The notes beneath the pieces were generated by a model, which was given only the letters and a program-made list of their open reading frames with translations, made no database searches and was not told the origin of the DNA. The position numbers and the translations under genes are program-made. Positions 1 to 15,669 of a DNA stretch of 64,000 bases are shown here, piece after piece; the stretch's first letter is position 1, and every line of letters begins with the position of its first letter. The stretch lies in contig CM119263.1 in NCBI GenBank assembly GCA_051294375.1, forward strand, positions 16,707,777 to 16,771,776. The letters run 5' to 3'. Origin of the DNA: Paraspadella gotoi. Its lineage: Eukaryota > Animalia > Chaetognatha.

Positions 1-354
1 CCCCCTTTCTGGTGGACGAAAAAGTCAACGACGATAGTTAAGACGACGGTTTCCATCACGACACCACCATGGAGCACGATATCGGAAATAAGTTCAACCA
101 CGAGCGAGATGAAAACGAAAGAAGTGAGCGAGACGAACAAAATGACGATGACGACCAAAGAGGTAGCCGCAACGACCCAAGGGCGAATGGAGACGACTGG
201 GGATTGGCGAACGACCCATGGACGAGTTGAGACGACTGAAGATTGGCGAACGACCCATGGACAAGTTGAGACGACTGAAGATTGGCGAACGAGCGGAGGG
301 AATACGGGGGAGGTGATGGAAACAACGATTGGCTCGACAAAGACGGAAGAGACG
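1..354 (+). CDS. Partial Thr-rich mucin-like coding exon (runs in from the window edge, ends at an N gap)
   Basis: Frame 1 is open from base 1 to the gap: PPFWWTKKSTTIVKTTVSITTPPWSTISE...TTHGRVETTEDWR repeats...TKTEET. Very Thr/Glu-rich; no start or stop visible. Confidence 0.45.
172..291 (+). repeat. 39-bp tandem repeat x3 (13-aa unit TTHGRVETTEDWR)
   Basis: Units acgaccca(a/t)gg...gattggcga start at 172, 211 and 250, head-to-tail with no spacers. Confidence 0.9.
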
Positions 355-454
355 NNNNNNNNNNNNNNNNNNNNNNNNNNNNNNNNNNNNNNNNNNNNNN
401 NNNNNNNNNNNNNNNNNNNNNNNNNNNNNNNNNNNNNNNNNNNNNNNNNNNNNN
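355..454. other. Assembly gap (100 N); smaller gaps near 5962, 47858 and 52376
   Basis: Runs of n in the sequence. Confidence 1.
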
Positions 455-1010
455 AAAAAAACATTCAATATAAATTTTACTTTTGATAGATATATATAAT
501 ATGTATATCATAGGCTAAAATTTCAAAATAAAAAAAATTTCAACACCGGATTTGAATTCCTTGAAAAACACTTTGGTCAAGATTTAAAACATTTTCCAAA
601 TATTATATTTTCCTCTTTTACTAAATATTTTGTTAAATAAAAGTAAGTTAAACTACCAAACTCTCAACCATCATCTCAATATCAAAATATTTTGCAAAAA
701 TTTTTCTCATGCAAAGTATTTAATAAAATAGTAATATTATTCCAAACACCAAAACTTCCTTTTATGGTCAAGTTTTCAAAATGCTCTTTTCATTTTGCGT
801 TTTCCGTGTATCCAATTATTACTAAATGTTTTAAAGGTCCTTATTACTACATATATAAGGATTTTTTAATTTCAATTTCATTAAGTTCAAAATTCATAGG
901 CGAATTAAAAAAAAAAGCAAAAAACTAGTACAAGTAACTGGGGCGTAATGAGTTCTCTTGAGTCTAGATTGAGATTGCTTCCAGAGCCTTCAGTATGCTG
1001 TTGAGAATAT

Positions 1011-1608
1011 TTATTATATATTAGAGCGTAGTGAAAATTCTAAAAGTTATTTATGAACATTAATTTGTAAAAAAAATTAATTTTATGTTTTTTTAATTTT
1101 CGTAGTAGGCTATATTTATATATAGTAATATCCTTATAAAATCGAAAAAAATTCAAAATAGGCTTTCATTAACTTTTTATTACAGATTTGAATTCCTCGT
1201 CAGATGTTGATAAAAGAAAATATAAATCATTTTAAAAATTTCTTTTATTAAAGGGGTTAAAAATAAAAAAATATATTTAACATATAAAATTTTAATTTCA
1301 GCTTAAAATATAGGTTTTTCTGATATTTGACCAACTTAATGAAAGAATTTTTAATAAAGAGTTATATTTCTTTATATCAACTTTTCATGACGAATTCAAA
1401 TCTGCAAAAAAAATCTTGCAAAAAACTATTTTGAAATTTTAACATTTATAAGATTAGTATTCTGTATAAACTATGGCCTGTTGCGTCAATTGTAAAATTA
1501 AAAATTTTTATACATAAATGTTTATTAGTATAATGTTATTCGTTTCTCACTTTTAGATTTTTAATTTAAGTTAAATTTAGAATTTTTACTACGCTTTATT
1601 ATATATTT
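1011..1608. mobile_element. ~600-bp AT-rich foldback/MITE-like element (long imperfect inverted repeat)
   Basis: agcgtagtgaaaattctaaa (~1026) pairs with tttagaatttttactacgct (~1576). cagatttgaattcctcgtcagatgttgataaaagaaaatataa (~1184) pairs with ttatatttctttatatcaacttttcatgacgaattcaaatctg (~1362). Confidence 0.65.
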
Positions 1609-1893
1609 CATCCATATAGCTCACCCGAGTGTGTAAAATATTGCATTTGTCATCCTTTTTTACTTAAATCACCATTTAGAATATTTTTCAATTTTATAAC
1701 TTGTTTATTGTAAACCGTTATCATTATTCATTTTAGTTTTCTACGTGAATTTTGAATATATATGCAAAGCCGGTCAAAAATGTTCCCAATAATTAGCATC
1801 ATGTCATGAAACTCTATCGAAGATCGATATTTTCTGTGATAATTTGCTAATCAAGTTTAGCCATAATACGAACCTGCTCACAAATAAAATACC

Positions 1894-3914
1894 ATGTCGG
1901 ACTATTACGCTATACTCTCGGTGGCCAAGATGGCCTCGGCGGAGGACATCAAAAAAGCTTACAGGCGGCAAGCGCTAAAATGGCATCCAGACAAAAACCC
2001 GGATGATAAAGAAGCAGCGACCAAGCGGTTCAAAGAAGTTTCCGAGGCGTATCAGGTATTGAAAACTGTGTAGTTTTCACCTTCCTAAAGATGAATCAAA
2101 TGATAAATCATAAGAGAAGTAGAGGAAAATAATAATCTGTGACCAAACTTTATAAGAAGGAAGACCTGTAAATGAATTAAACATGAAATGACTGTTATCA
2201 GACTTTTTTTTATGTTTCCAGGTTCTATCGGACCCCAAAAAGAGAGAAATCTACGACAAATACGGCAAAGAGGGTCTCCAGGAAGGAGGACCTCAGTCGC
2301 CCCGAGCCAGAGCCGCCCGCCGCGCCTCCGGAACTCGACACCGCAATCATAATAACCATCATCATCACGGCTTTACGTCTGCGTTTGGCGGCCTCGATGA
2401 CGACGACATATTTACTTTCGTCTTCAAAGATCCAGAGGAGGTTTTCAGGTTAGATGCGGGTTCTAATTGTCAAAGGTCTCCTATTAGTCAGTTGGGATTT
2501 ACAGGTCGGTCTTAACCCCTATGTCCTATTCATAGCTTACCAATTCTTACCAATTATAATATTATAACCATTAAAGGGGGGGTATGAAGGTCAAGTCAAA
2601 AAATGAAGAATGCCCCGGGCATTAGTTAGGGGCTGCCCCGCGGGGCTCCCCTAACTCCATTGTGGTGCTTTGCGGATGTGGAAATTCACAGGCTATGGTG
2701 GTTTACAAGTTAATTACATAGTCGGACCCTCCAAGCTTTCAATCATGACTCTCTCACAGTCAAGTTTATTCACTCCCAGAGTATCTGGTCATTGAAGTGG
2801 TATAATAAATGTAATAAGTGTAAAAAATGTTTCAATTGTATATTATTTGGTGATTAATGTAAATCACAGACTAGAAGATTATTTCAAGTATTTTTACAAT
2901 GTTTATGGAACGCAATGCACGTAGCTTATACGAAAGGGTAGGTAATTAATTCTTCAATGTTTCTATTCAGGGATTTTTTCGGTGGAAGAGATCCTTTCAT
3001 GAATTTGGGATCCTTCATAGAGGACATGTTTACTATGCCAACCCTGGGTAATTTACATGATAAAGAAAAATTATTTAAAACAATCCTATTAGTTTTAATT
3101 CCTCCAACTTTGACTCCGTCCTCTCCTGCAGGACACGGACATCATCACCATCACCACCACCCAAGCCTTCACCATCATCATCATCATCCTTACCAGCGTC
3201 AAACGTCGAGCCAGCGTCAATCGGGCGGCTCCCAATCCCGCAGAGCCTCCCTCACCTCCTCCGCCAACGAACCGTCCCTGCAACGCAGCCACCACCACCA
3301 CCATCACCACCAGCAGTTGCAACCCCTCCGTCACCATCATCATCATCATCATCACCCTTTCGATTCGATGCTGACGCCTTTCGGGTCCTCCTTCGGATCC
3401 TCCTTCTCCTTGGCGCTCCCCCCGGCCTTCTGCGATCCCTTCACTGGCGGATTCTTCGGCGGCGGCGCTGGTGGATCGAGGAGAGCGAGCGACGCCGGGG
3501 GTTTCACCTCCGTCACTTCGTTTTCTAGGTTTGATTGCTTGATTGATTGATTGATTAAATACTTTATTTTGTATTTGATTAATGGTTAGATTGATTAAAT
3601 TCCTGCTTTGTTAAACATTGAATGTTTGATTGATATGTTTGATTGATTGATTTTCTCCTCAAATTCTCTATTGATTTTGTTCTCAATTTTTCACCTCGGC
3701 TCTATTTTTTTTTGCTTTTTCCAAATGTCTTCCCTACCTCCACTCCAGCGGCGGGTCCCTCGGTATTCGCTCCTCTTCCACCTCGACCGCCGTCGTCAAC
3801 GGGCGACGCGTCGTCACTAAAAAAGTCCGCGAGGGGGCGGAGGAGACGGTTACCGTGGAGACGGACGGCGTCCTCACGTCGAAGATGATAAACGGACGCC
3901 GCGTGGCAGTTTGA
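1894..3914 (+). CDS. DNAJB6: DnaJ/Hsp40 class B co-chaperone, DNAJB6-like (5 exons: 1894-2055, 2222-2448, 2971-3047, 3132-3528, 3749-3914)
   Basis: J-domain [10 protein letters not shown]...[28 protein letters not shown]|[15 protein letters not shown], then [11 protein letters not shown]|[10 protein letters not shown]-terminal [19 protein letters not shown]...[13 protein letters not shown] is typical of DNAJB6/B8/B2. GT-AG introns keep the frame. Confidence 0.92.
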
Positions 3915-5217
3915 AGGCGCACGAGATACGGTTCTCTTTTCTGTGGGGAAGGGTAAAATTAGGGGATGACATTGTTTGGGGCGTGGCCCTTAACTGGGGA
4001 AAAGTTCTGTAGTGGCCGATAAAATACGATCAATCGAGTTTTCTTAAGACAATAAATGACGGGCTATTTTCATTGCCACGTACTAGAGAAATGATACTAA
4101 TATTATTATTTTTTGACTGTCATTTTCTATACACGCTTTTTAGGAAAAATGTCGCTTTTTGTGCCGGTTTAGGGTGAAACGAAGTAATTACTTATAAACG
4201 TTTAAAAATGCTCACTCTGTACAGTGTGTAATGGGTTTGGGAAATGATTTTTTTTGTTCGTTATTGAATTTGCACAGTTTTACCACCTTTCTGTATATGA
4301 GTGTGTTATATTTCAAGGTGTTAGGGAGAGCTTAAAACTACCTCGCTCGTATTATCAACTTAATATTTAATTCTTTTATTTGTGATTTCGTCGCGATTTT
4401 CAGTTTGATTGCCGAATCGACACTAATTTTTATCGGCAAAGTTTTATATCATCAATGTATCTTTATTGTCATTTGTTCGTTGTTTGACAGATATTGCTTC
4501 GTTTTTTTTTAAATTAAAAGTTTTTTGACTGTGATAAATTGGATATTACTCAGAAAAAGAACTTTTTGCTTTTCTTTTTGTCACATTTTTTTTCCTTTTT
4601 CCTGCTGTTCCTTTCCTCTTCTTAGATTTCTCTCCTTACTTCTTTTTGCAAGCTCTTCTGCTTGCAATCGTCCTCGTTCCGTCTCTTCATCAAACTCTAA
4701 TGACCAGAGATTGACGTTCGACGCATTTCATCGACACGCGTTTTGCTTTGATAATCTTGTCGGAAATTTACCGTGTTGTCTTTCTACACTCGTTCACCTG
4801 AGTTTGTAATTTGAAGCGTTCTGTTATCGACTTTATTCATTTTATTTAAAGATGAAAAAAATAAACTTTTATTTGGTTAGTTATGTTTATATCGTAAGGA
4901 GCGTTCATAGAGTTAGTTTAGGTCAGCGGAACCGACTTGAAAAAAAATCGATTGTTCATAAGTCTTTTGTAGTAGTATGTATGAATATAATGTTTTTAAA
5001 TGCACAGTGCGACGAAAATTTAATGTTTTTGTCGGTCTATAAGCAAACGAAAAAAATGGTGAGGAGGCTTCCTAGTCAAACTGACTCCAAGAGGGGCGCG
5101 CTCGAAAATACTTATACGAAAAAGAGGCGATAAAAACAGTGAAATTGTTAAAAAAAAAATAATAAAACGAGATAACGAAACAATGTACCCTGCCGAGCTG
5201 CTGTCCCGACTCTGACG

Positions 5218-7737
5218 ATGAGCCACGTAAAAACGATGTCCAATGAGTCGTCAACGTCGTCCGCAGCGTCTGCGACTGCTGCGGCGGCGGCGGCAGCAGA
5301 CTTGGACTTTCCATTCTGCCTCGACGTCTCCGCCAAGTACGAAAAGTTGGCGAAGATCGGCCAGGGAACCTTCGGAGAGGTGTTTAAGGTGAGGCATATC
5401 GATAACGTTACCCTTGGTTCTGGCGTCTACTTTCATATCCGAAACATATTTTTTACTTCAGGCGAGAAACAAAACGACAAAAGCGCTGGTCGCCTTGAAA
5501 AAAGTATTGATGGAGAACGAAAAAGAAGGTAATTCGGAGATTATTACGACAAGGACAACAAGTAGTTTGAAGAAAGAGTAATACTTGTTAAGTGTTAGCG
5601 ACAGAACCGTTCAATATAAGCAGTCCCAGATCTTCGGATCAAGATGTAACACTGTGTTACGGGCGTGTTAAGCACCCCGTCCCTTTTAACTGCTTGGCGA
5701 CCATCGGGCTAGAACCCCGGACCTTATGGTAGGGAGGCGAATGACTTGCCTTCTGCACCGATGGCCGCTGATGAACGATTGGTGGATTTTAGTCCACCAT
5801 AAGTTTTTGAATTTTGACGGTGATTAACTCAAGGATATTTTCGTCTCAGGATTTCCGATAACCGCTTTGAGAGAAATCAAAATCCTTCAACTCTTACGAC
5901 ACGAAAACGTCGTTAATCTTCAGGTAGTTCTTGTATTATTAAGTTATATATTGCTTTGTTTNNNNNNNNNNGGTAGTTCTTGTATTAATAAGTAATATAT
6001 TGCTTTGTTTGCTTTTACGGGTTAACTTACTCAATTATTTATCGCTTGATTCTTATAGGAAATTTGCCGATCCAAAGCAACGCCATACAATCGCTACAAA
6101 TCGACCTTTTATCTGGTTTTCGACTTTTGTGAACACGATTTGGCGGGTCTCCTCAGCAACGTAAACGTCAAGTTTACTCTTGGTAAGTTATATAGTGTGG
6201 CGAATCCTAAATTCGGCTTGGACAGCTAAGTACTCACTCACCAATTGGGAGTTTCGTGTTTAATCCCCTCAATGTCACGCAGGTTAATTGTGAAGGTGTC
6301 GGCATAATCACGCCAGTGACAAAGCCCTAAGCGCCAGACTTACACGTCTCCCCGTTGCCATAATAGTACATTAGTTGATTTTGAATATAACCTGGGATGT
6401 CACATCGTATGTCAGTCAAGTTTCATTATATAACGTGATTGCGATATTTTTATGTATTCTAAAGGTGAAATCAAAAAGGTCGTGCAGCAACTCCTCAACG
6501 GCCTTTACTACATCCACAGCAACAAGATCCTCCACCGCGACATGAAAGCGGCCAACATCCTCATCACAAAAACCGGCAATCTCAAGTTGGCCGACTTTGG
6601 ACTTGCCCGGGCCTTCTCGCTCAACCAAAAGGGCCAGCCCAACCGGTACACCAATCGGGTGGTCACGTTGTGGTACCGACCGCCGGAATTGTTGCTCGGT
6701 AAATATTTGACTTTTCCCAAAAGAAATGAACATAACTCATGGGCGTCTCAAAATCTTTTAAAAATATCTCTATTTCGGACCAATCAAAGGCGAACGAAAC
6801 TACACCCCCGCGATCGACATATGGGGCGCTGGCTGCATCATGGCCGAGATGTGGACCCGCAGCCCGATCATGCAGGGCAACTCGGAGCAGCATCAACTGA
6901 CTCTCATATCCCAGCTTTGCGGGTCTATCACCACCGACGTTTGGCCGGGTGTCGATTCCTTGGAACTCTTTCAAAAACTCGATCTGCCAAAGGGTAAGGC
7001 TGTCTAAATCAAACCTACCTGTTTGTGAAATTATTGCCATAACTGTGAATGAAAATGACGCATCATTTTGTTTTCTTACTTATTATTCACACTGCCTCTC
7101 TGACGTTTTAACGCCGCCCCTTCCTTCATCCTCCTCCAAGGAATCCGGCGCCGCGTCAAGGAGAGGCTCAAGGTCTACCTCAAAGACCCTCACGCGGTCG
7201 ACCTGTTGGACAGGATGTTGACACTAGACCCTTTGAAGCGCATCGACTCGGACACGGCGCTCAATCACGACTTTTTCTGGTCCGATCCGATGCCTCAGGA
7301 TCTGACGGGCATGTTGGCCAAGCACACCATCTCCATGTTCGAATATCTGGCGCCGCCGAGACGACCGGGTAAGACGACATCCCTTACATTATTGCTTCTC
7401 AGATTTTCGTTCATAGAATTCCTCTTTCAATAAAGGTGGCGCAACGGCGGCCGCGGTAGCGGCGGCGTCGGCGGCGTCCTCGCTCGGCGGTGGCGCCCAT
7501 TCTTCGGCGCTCCCTCATCACGGTTCGGCGGCGCATCACGGCCACCATCACGGAGGGCACGGCGGCGCCGGGCACGCGGGCCACGGCGGGCACGCGGGCG
7601 GGCACGCGGGGCATGCAACGGGGCACGGCGCAGATCACCGCGGGGCGGGAGGCTCGAGGGATCATCACAGAATGTCCCGCCCGACGACGAATCCCACGTC
7701 AGACTCGTCGTCGCAACATTTCGAGAGGGTCTTTTGA
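5218..7737 (+). CDS. CDK9: Cyclin-dependent kinase 9, P-TEFb catalytic subunit (8 exons: 5218-5388, 5462-5528, 5850-5923, 6059-6182, 6465-6698, 6790-6993, 7141-7368, 7436-7737)
   Basis: [18 protein letters not shown], the PITALRE helix, [49 protein letters not shown] and terminal FERVF*. The start could instead be the ATG at 5236. Confidence 0.97.
5627..5768 (-). mobile_element. tRNA-derived SINE-like element, copy 1 (CDK9 intron 2)
   Basis: Minus strand begins GCGGCCATCGGTGCAGAAGG...CCGGGGTTCTAGCCCGATGGTCGCCA (A-box-like and B-box-like motifs, self-pairing ends), followed by a body homologous to 26906-27046. Confidence 0.65.
6196..6362 (+). mobile_element. Short solo-LTR/TRIM-like insertion, copy 1 (CDK9 intron 4)
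   Basis: Starts TGTGGCGA and ends TTGCCATA (imperfect inverted termini). Flanked by direct ATAG at 6192-6195 and 6363-6366; homologous to 13009-13166. Confidence 0.75.
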
Positions 7738-8688
7738 GCTGAAGTCGGATTAGTTGAATCTATTAATGAATCTATTAATGAATCTTTTTTTTTTCGGCTT
7801 ATTGACTGTGTTAATGCTTGTTGATTAAGATGTTGCAAAAATTATGACGTAAAATTTTTTTTATATGTAGAATCTTATTTTTTTTTTAAATCGTATCAAT
7901 TAACATAAGTACTCCGTCCTTTCTCCCCCTTGTTTTATTTAGTTTTCACCCTAACATCTACATTATTATGATTATAATCATTAATATTATCTGTATTAAG
8001 TAATTTTTGATGGACGACTCGAGCCGAAAAAACGGAAAATGTGCTTACCATGTAGTATATTTTTCATTCGATTTTTATTTTTGGGTTTGTCATATTCCTA
8101 CAAATTAACATTTTTACTTCACCCACCTTTTTTAAAAATCCATCGTTCAAAATGATTTCATAGCAATTTAATATTCCAGTTTTTACCATGACGGTCAACA
8201 AATGTTATTTCTATCATTGTTTAATTTTTGGATTGTACCACGTTGTATCTTTTCTGGTAAAAAATCTCTGTATTGCGCTTATGTATGGTTTGTCTGAAAT
8301 AAATTACTGAATACCGACAAGAATACGAACATTTAAAAAAAGCTTATGAATAGGTATTGTTAATTGTGTTAATAATACTTTTATTCTAGTCCGGTCCTGT
8401 CATTTTTTATACACTTGTTATATACGAGTATTAAGATGAGTATATAGACTTTCTAGCCAGTCAAATGGCCGCAATAACGTGAAATATCTGCCGGAGCTAG
8501 ACTACCAACCCCCTCATCTATAATTCATATTTTATCATCCTTTGTTTTTGCCGATTAAATTTTGTTTTCTTTGATGCCACATGAATTTATTTCTGACCAA
8601 ATTTACAACAAATTTTTTTATATAAATACATATATATCAGTATATCCTTTTGAATTTCCTTTTTTATAAGAGCTTGAAGCAAACGAGC

Positions 8689-12755
<4,067 letters not shown>

Positions 12756-13008
12756 AGTGGTGAAAAGCTGTACCTGAATTTTTGTTTGTTTGCTGGTTTT
12801 TAATGTTTTATCTTTTTCAATTCTCTTTTTTCGTCTATTTAGTTTTCATTGTTTTTAGAATTATCTTTAGTATTTAGTATTTTTTGTATTGAACCAACCC
12901 AATATTTTACAAGAAAAGTTTTCCTCTCAATTTTTTATAAATTAGTTTATTTTTTAAACAATATCCGCGCTATATGTTCGTTTTTTATTAACTTGCTAAA
13001 GTAGTTCT

Positions 13009-13166
13009 AATTACAACGGGAAGACGTGTGTGATGCTCGGGGTGTGAGCTTTGTCACTGGCGCGTTTATGGCGACACCATCACACTTAACCAGCGTGAAG
13101 TACTTAGCTGTCCAAGCTATTCAAGCTGTCCGAGCTATACGGGAGGGTAATTTAGGATTCGCCACA
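13009..13166 (-). mobile_element. Short solo-LTR/TRIM-like insertion, copy 2
   Basis: Reverse complement reads tgtggcgaatcctaaatt...gcttggacagctaagtact...cgccagtgacaaagc...cccgttgtaatt, matching 6196-6362. Flanked by direct TTCT at 13005-13008 and 13167-13170. Confidence 0.75.
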
Positions 13167-14006
13167 TTCTTTAGTTACTTAGGTCGAACAGCCTTCGTTC
13201 TAAACTTTCAATATAATTGAATGAGTGCAAGGTGAATTCGAGTCGCGAAAGAAGAACTAAGGTGATGGGAACATAACTACTTAACTACATCTAGACATTT
13301 TTAATTTCCTTAAGATGGATTTATTTTTTCATTCTCCAAAATATTCTAAGTCCCTTAAAAAAAACTCCTTGCGCAAATGACCATGTTTTGTCGGTATTTA
13401 GTTATTTTCTCTATTATTATTCCACGTGTATCGCTCATCTTTTTCCTGATCCTTTCCTTGGTTCATTATTTTTTTTGTTCTTATTTTTTGCTCAATTGTT
13501 TTTTTTTTAATGTTGGTGCTTGTTTCATTTATTTTTAAATCTTTTACAATTTCTACTTTTTGTTGTTAGCTAGTAACCTTTTGTTGTTTTACTGGTTTTT
13601 GGTTGTTAGTGTTTTCGCGCTTTAATTTTAAATGTTTATTCGTATCATTTTTCAATGAAAATCACCGAATCATCAAAACATTTCTTTCCATCAATTTTGT
13701 GTTAGTTTTTAAAAAAATATTAAAAATATTTTTGACCAATATTTTTGACCAATATTTTCGTTTTTACTATTTTGATTGTTAAATTAATTGAAAGGATTTT
13801 TTTTTTCACTTGCAACATTTCTCTAGTCAACTTTTTGAACAGTGATTCCATGTCTTTGGTACTAAATTACTTAATTCGAACAAATATGTTGCATTAACTC
13901 AAATCGTGCCTTTCATGCGTTTCTTACTCCAGGTTGTTCGCCAAAATAAAAGAAAAGATACATTTTCAATGCCAATCGTCCAGCCTTAAACTTTCCGATT
14001 CCCACC

Positions 14007-15669
14007 ATGCCGCTCCGCTGGGGCTTTTGCGGCACCGGCAACATTTGTCACGACTTCGCTTCCGCCTTGAAGTCGCTCGACGCCGCTGACCACGCCTTGG
14101 CCGCCGTCGCCGCTCGAGATTTGGGGCGAGCCAAAGCTTTTGCCGAAAAGTTCGAGTTCGCCTCTGCCTACGACGATTACGACGAAATCGCCGCGTCTAA
14201 CGACGTAGATATTGTGTACATCGGCGTTATAGCGATTAAACATTACGACCTCACCAAAGCTATGATCCAAGGTCAGTTATTTTATTTAAAAATATATTTA
14301 AGTCAATGAGTACAGTAATTTTATGACAAGTTAGCATTTCAAAACTAATGTCGTTTAGATGAGTAATATATTTTTTCTTTCTACTTACTGACGTTTAAAA
14401 AATTAAAATGATTTATTTGATAGTAATTTTATGAATTCGGTCGATTTGGGAATTAACAAATTATAAATTAATTAATTCATTTAATTAAATCATTTAAATT
14501 ATTTAATTTAATTTTCAGCCGGTAAAAACGTTCTCTGCGAGTCGCCGATGACTCTTAGCGCCAAGCAAGTCGAAGACCTATTCCACTTGGCGGAGAAGAA
14601 GGGCGTTTTTTTGATGGAAGCGATTTGGACGCGATGCTTTCCGCTTTACCAGCGAATCGCGGAGGAAATCGTGAAAGGATCTATCGGGGAGGTGAGTCTA
14701 TAAGGCGGTGAAAAGGTAAACCGTGGAATTGGCTATTTCTAATTTCTATGTCTAATGTGTTCGATTTGCAGGTGATGTCCGTCCATTGCAACCTAGGTTT
14801 CCCCGTCTATTCCTCGGATTCTCCCCCCAATAAGAGTCTTGGCAACGGCGGCCTTACCGAGTTCGGCGTCTACCTCCTGCAGGCAGCGTTGACGGGATTC
14901 GGGCGGCGCCGCCCCGACGAGGTCGTCGTCGGCGCCGTCAAGCACTCCACCGGCGTCGACGTTGGCGGCGTCGTCTTCTTGAGATTCGGCGAGGAAAAAT
15001 TCGCCAATTTGTCTTACTCAGTCACGGTTAGTTTAGTTTTTACTCGTTGAAAGATTGATGTTGAGTCTAATTATTTATTGTACAGAACTGTTTCGCATAC
15101 TCGACACTATAATTTATGATTTTTCTCTCATTATTAACAGTCCACAATGAAGTCCAGCCTCACCTTCTTTGGTTCTTCTGGTTCCATCGAGATTCCCGAA
15201 TTGTTTTGGTGCCCTACTAAAATTTTAGTAAACGGAGAAAAACTGGAGTTTCCACTTCCGGAATCAAAGTTGACTTTTAATTTTCCAAATTCTCAAGGTC
15301 AGTTTAAAGGTCATATTTTTAAACGTTGAATTTGGTGTCGTCTTTAAGGTGATTAAAGTAGCACCTGATCCTGTTGCATTCATTTATTAAAAATTTGTTT
15401 TTTTATGTTTTTTCTCCTTTTTTTCAATTTCTTTTTTGCAAACGTCTTTGTTTCATTGCAGATATTTTTTTAAAAATATTGTAATATTTATTTAAATTTT
15501 TGTAAAAAAAATTTTCATTCAAGGTCTCGCCTACGAAGCGGAGCATGTAAGGAAATGCATCGAAGCCAATCGGCCGGAGAGCGACTTGATGTCACGATCG
15601 GATTCGCTTATCGTTCACGAGATCTTGGACACTTGTTTCGAACGCATTAACCTTCGCTACGACTCATAA
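14007..15669 (+). CDS. DHDH: Gfo/Idh/MocA oxidoreductase, DHDH (dihydrodiol / D-xylose dehydrogenase)-like; 5 exons (14007-14271, 14519-14691, 14772-15027, 15141-15297, 15524-15669)
   Basis: MPLRWGFCGTGNICHDF, AVAARDLGRAKAFA, DVDIVYIG, GKNVLCESPM, VFLMEAIWTRCFPLY, FWCPTK, FNFPNSQG|LAYEAEHVRKCI. Confidence 0.88.

Noticed and set aside
172-291. 39-bp repeats as a CRISPR-like array
   Set aside because: Head-to-tail with no unique spacers, length a multiple of 3 within an open Thr-rich frame, eukaryotic context.
5695-5768. Bona fide tRNA gene
   Set aside because: No convincing D and anticodon arms; it continues into a body shared with 26906-27046, so it is better explained as a SINE head.
5923-6011. 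Direct duplication of ~39 bp around a 10-N gap
   Set aside because: Near-identical sequence on both sides of a gap is typical of an unmerged contig/haplotype overlap, not biology.
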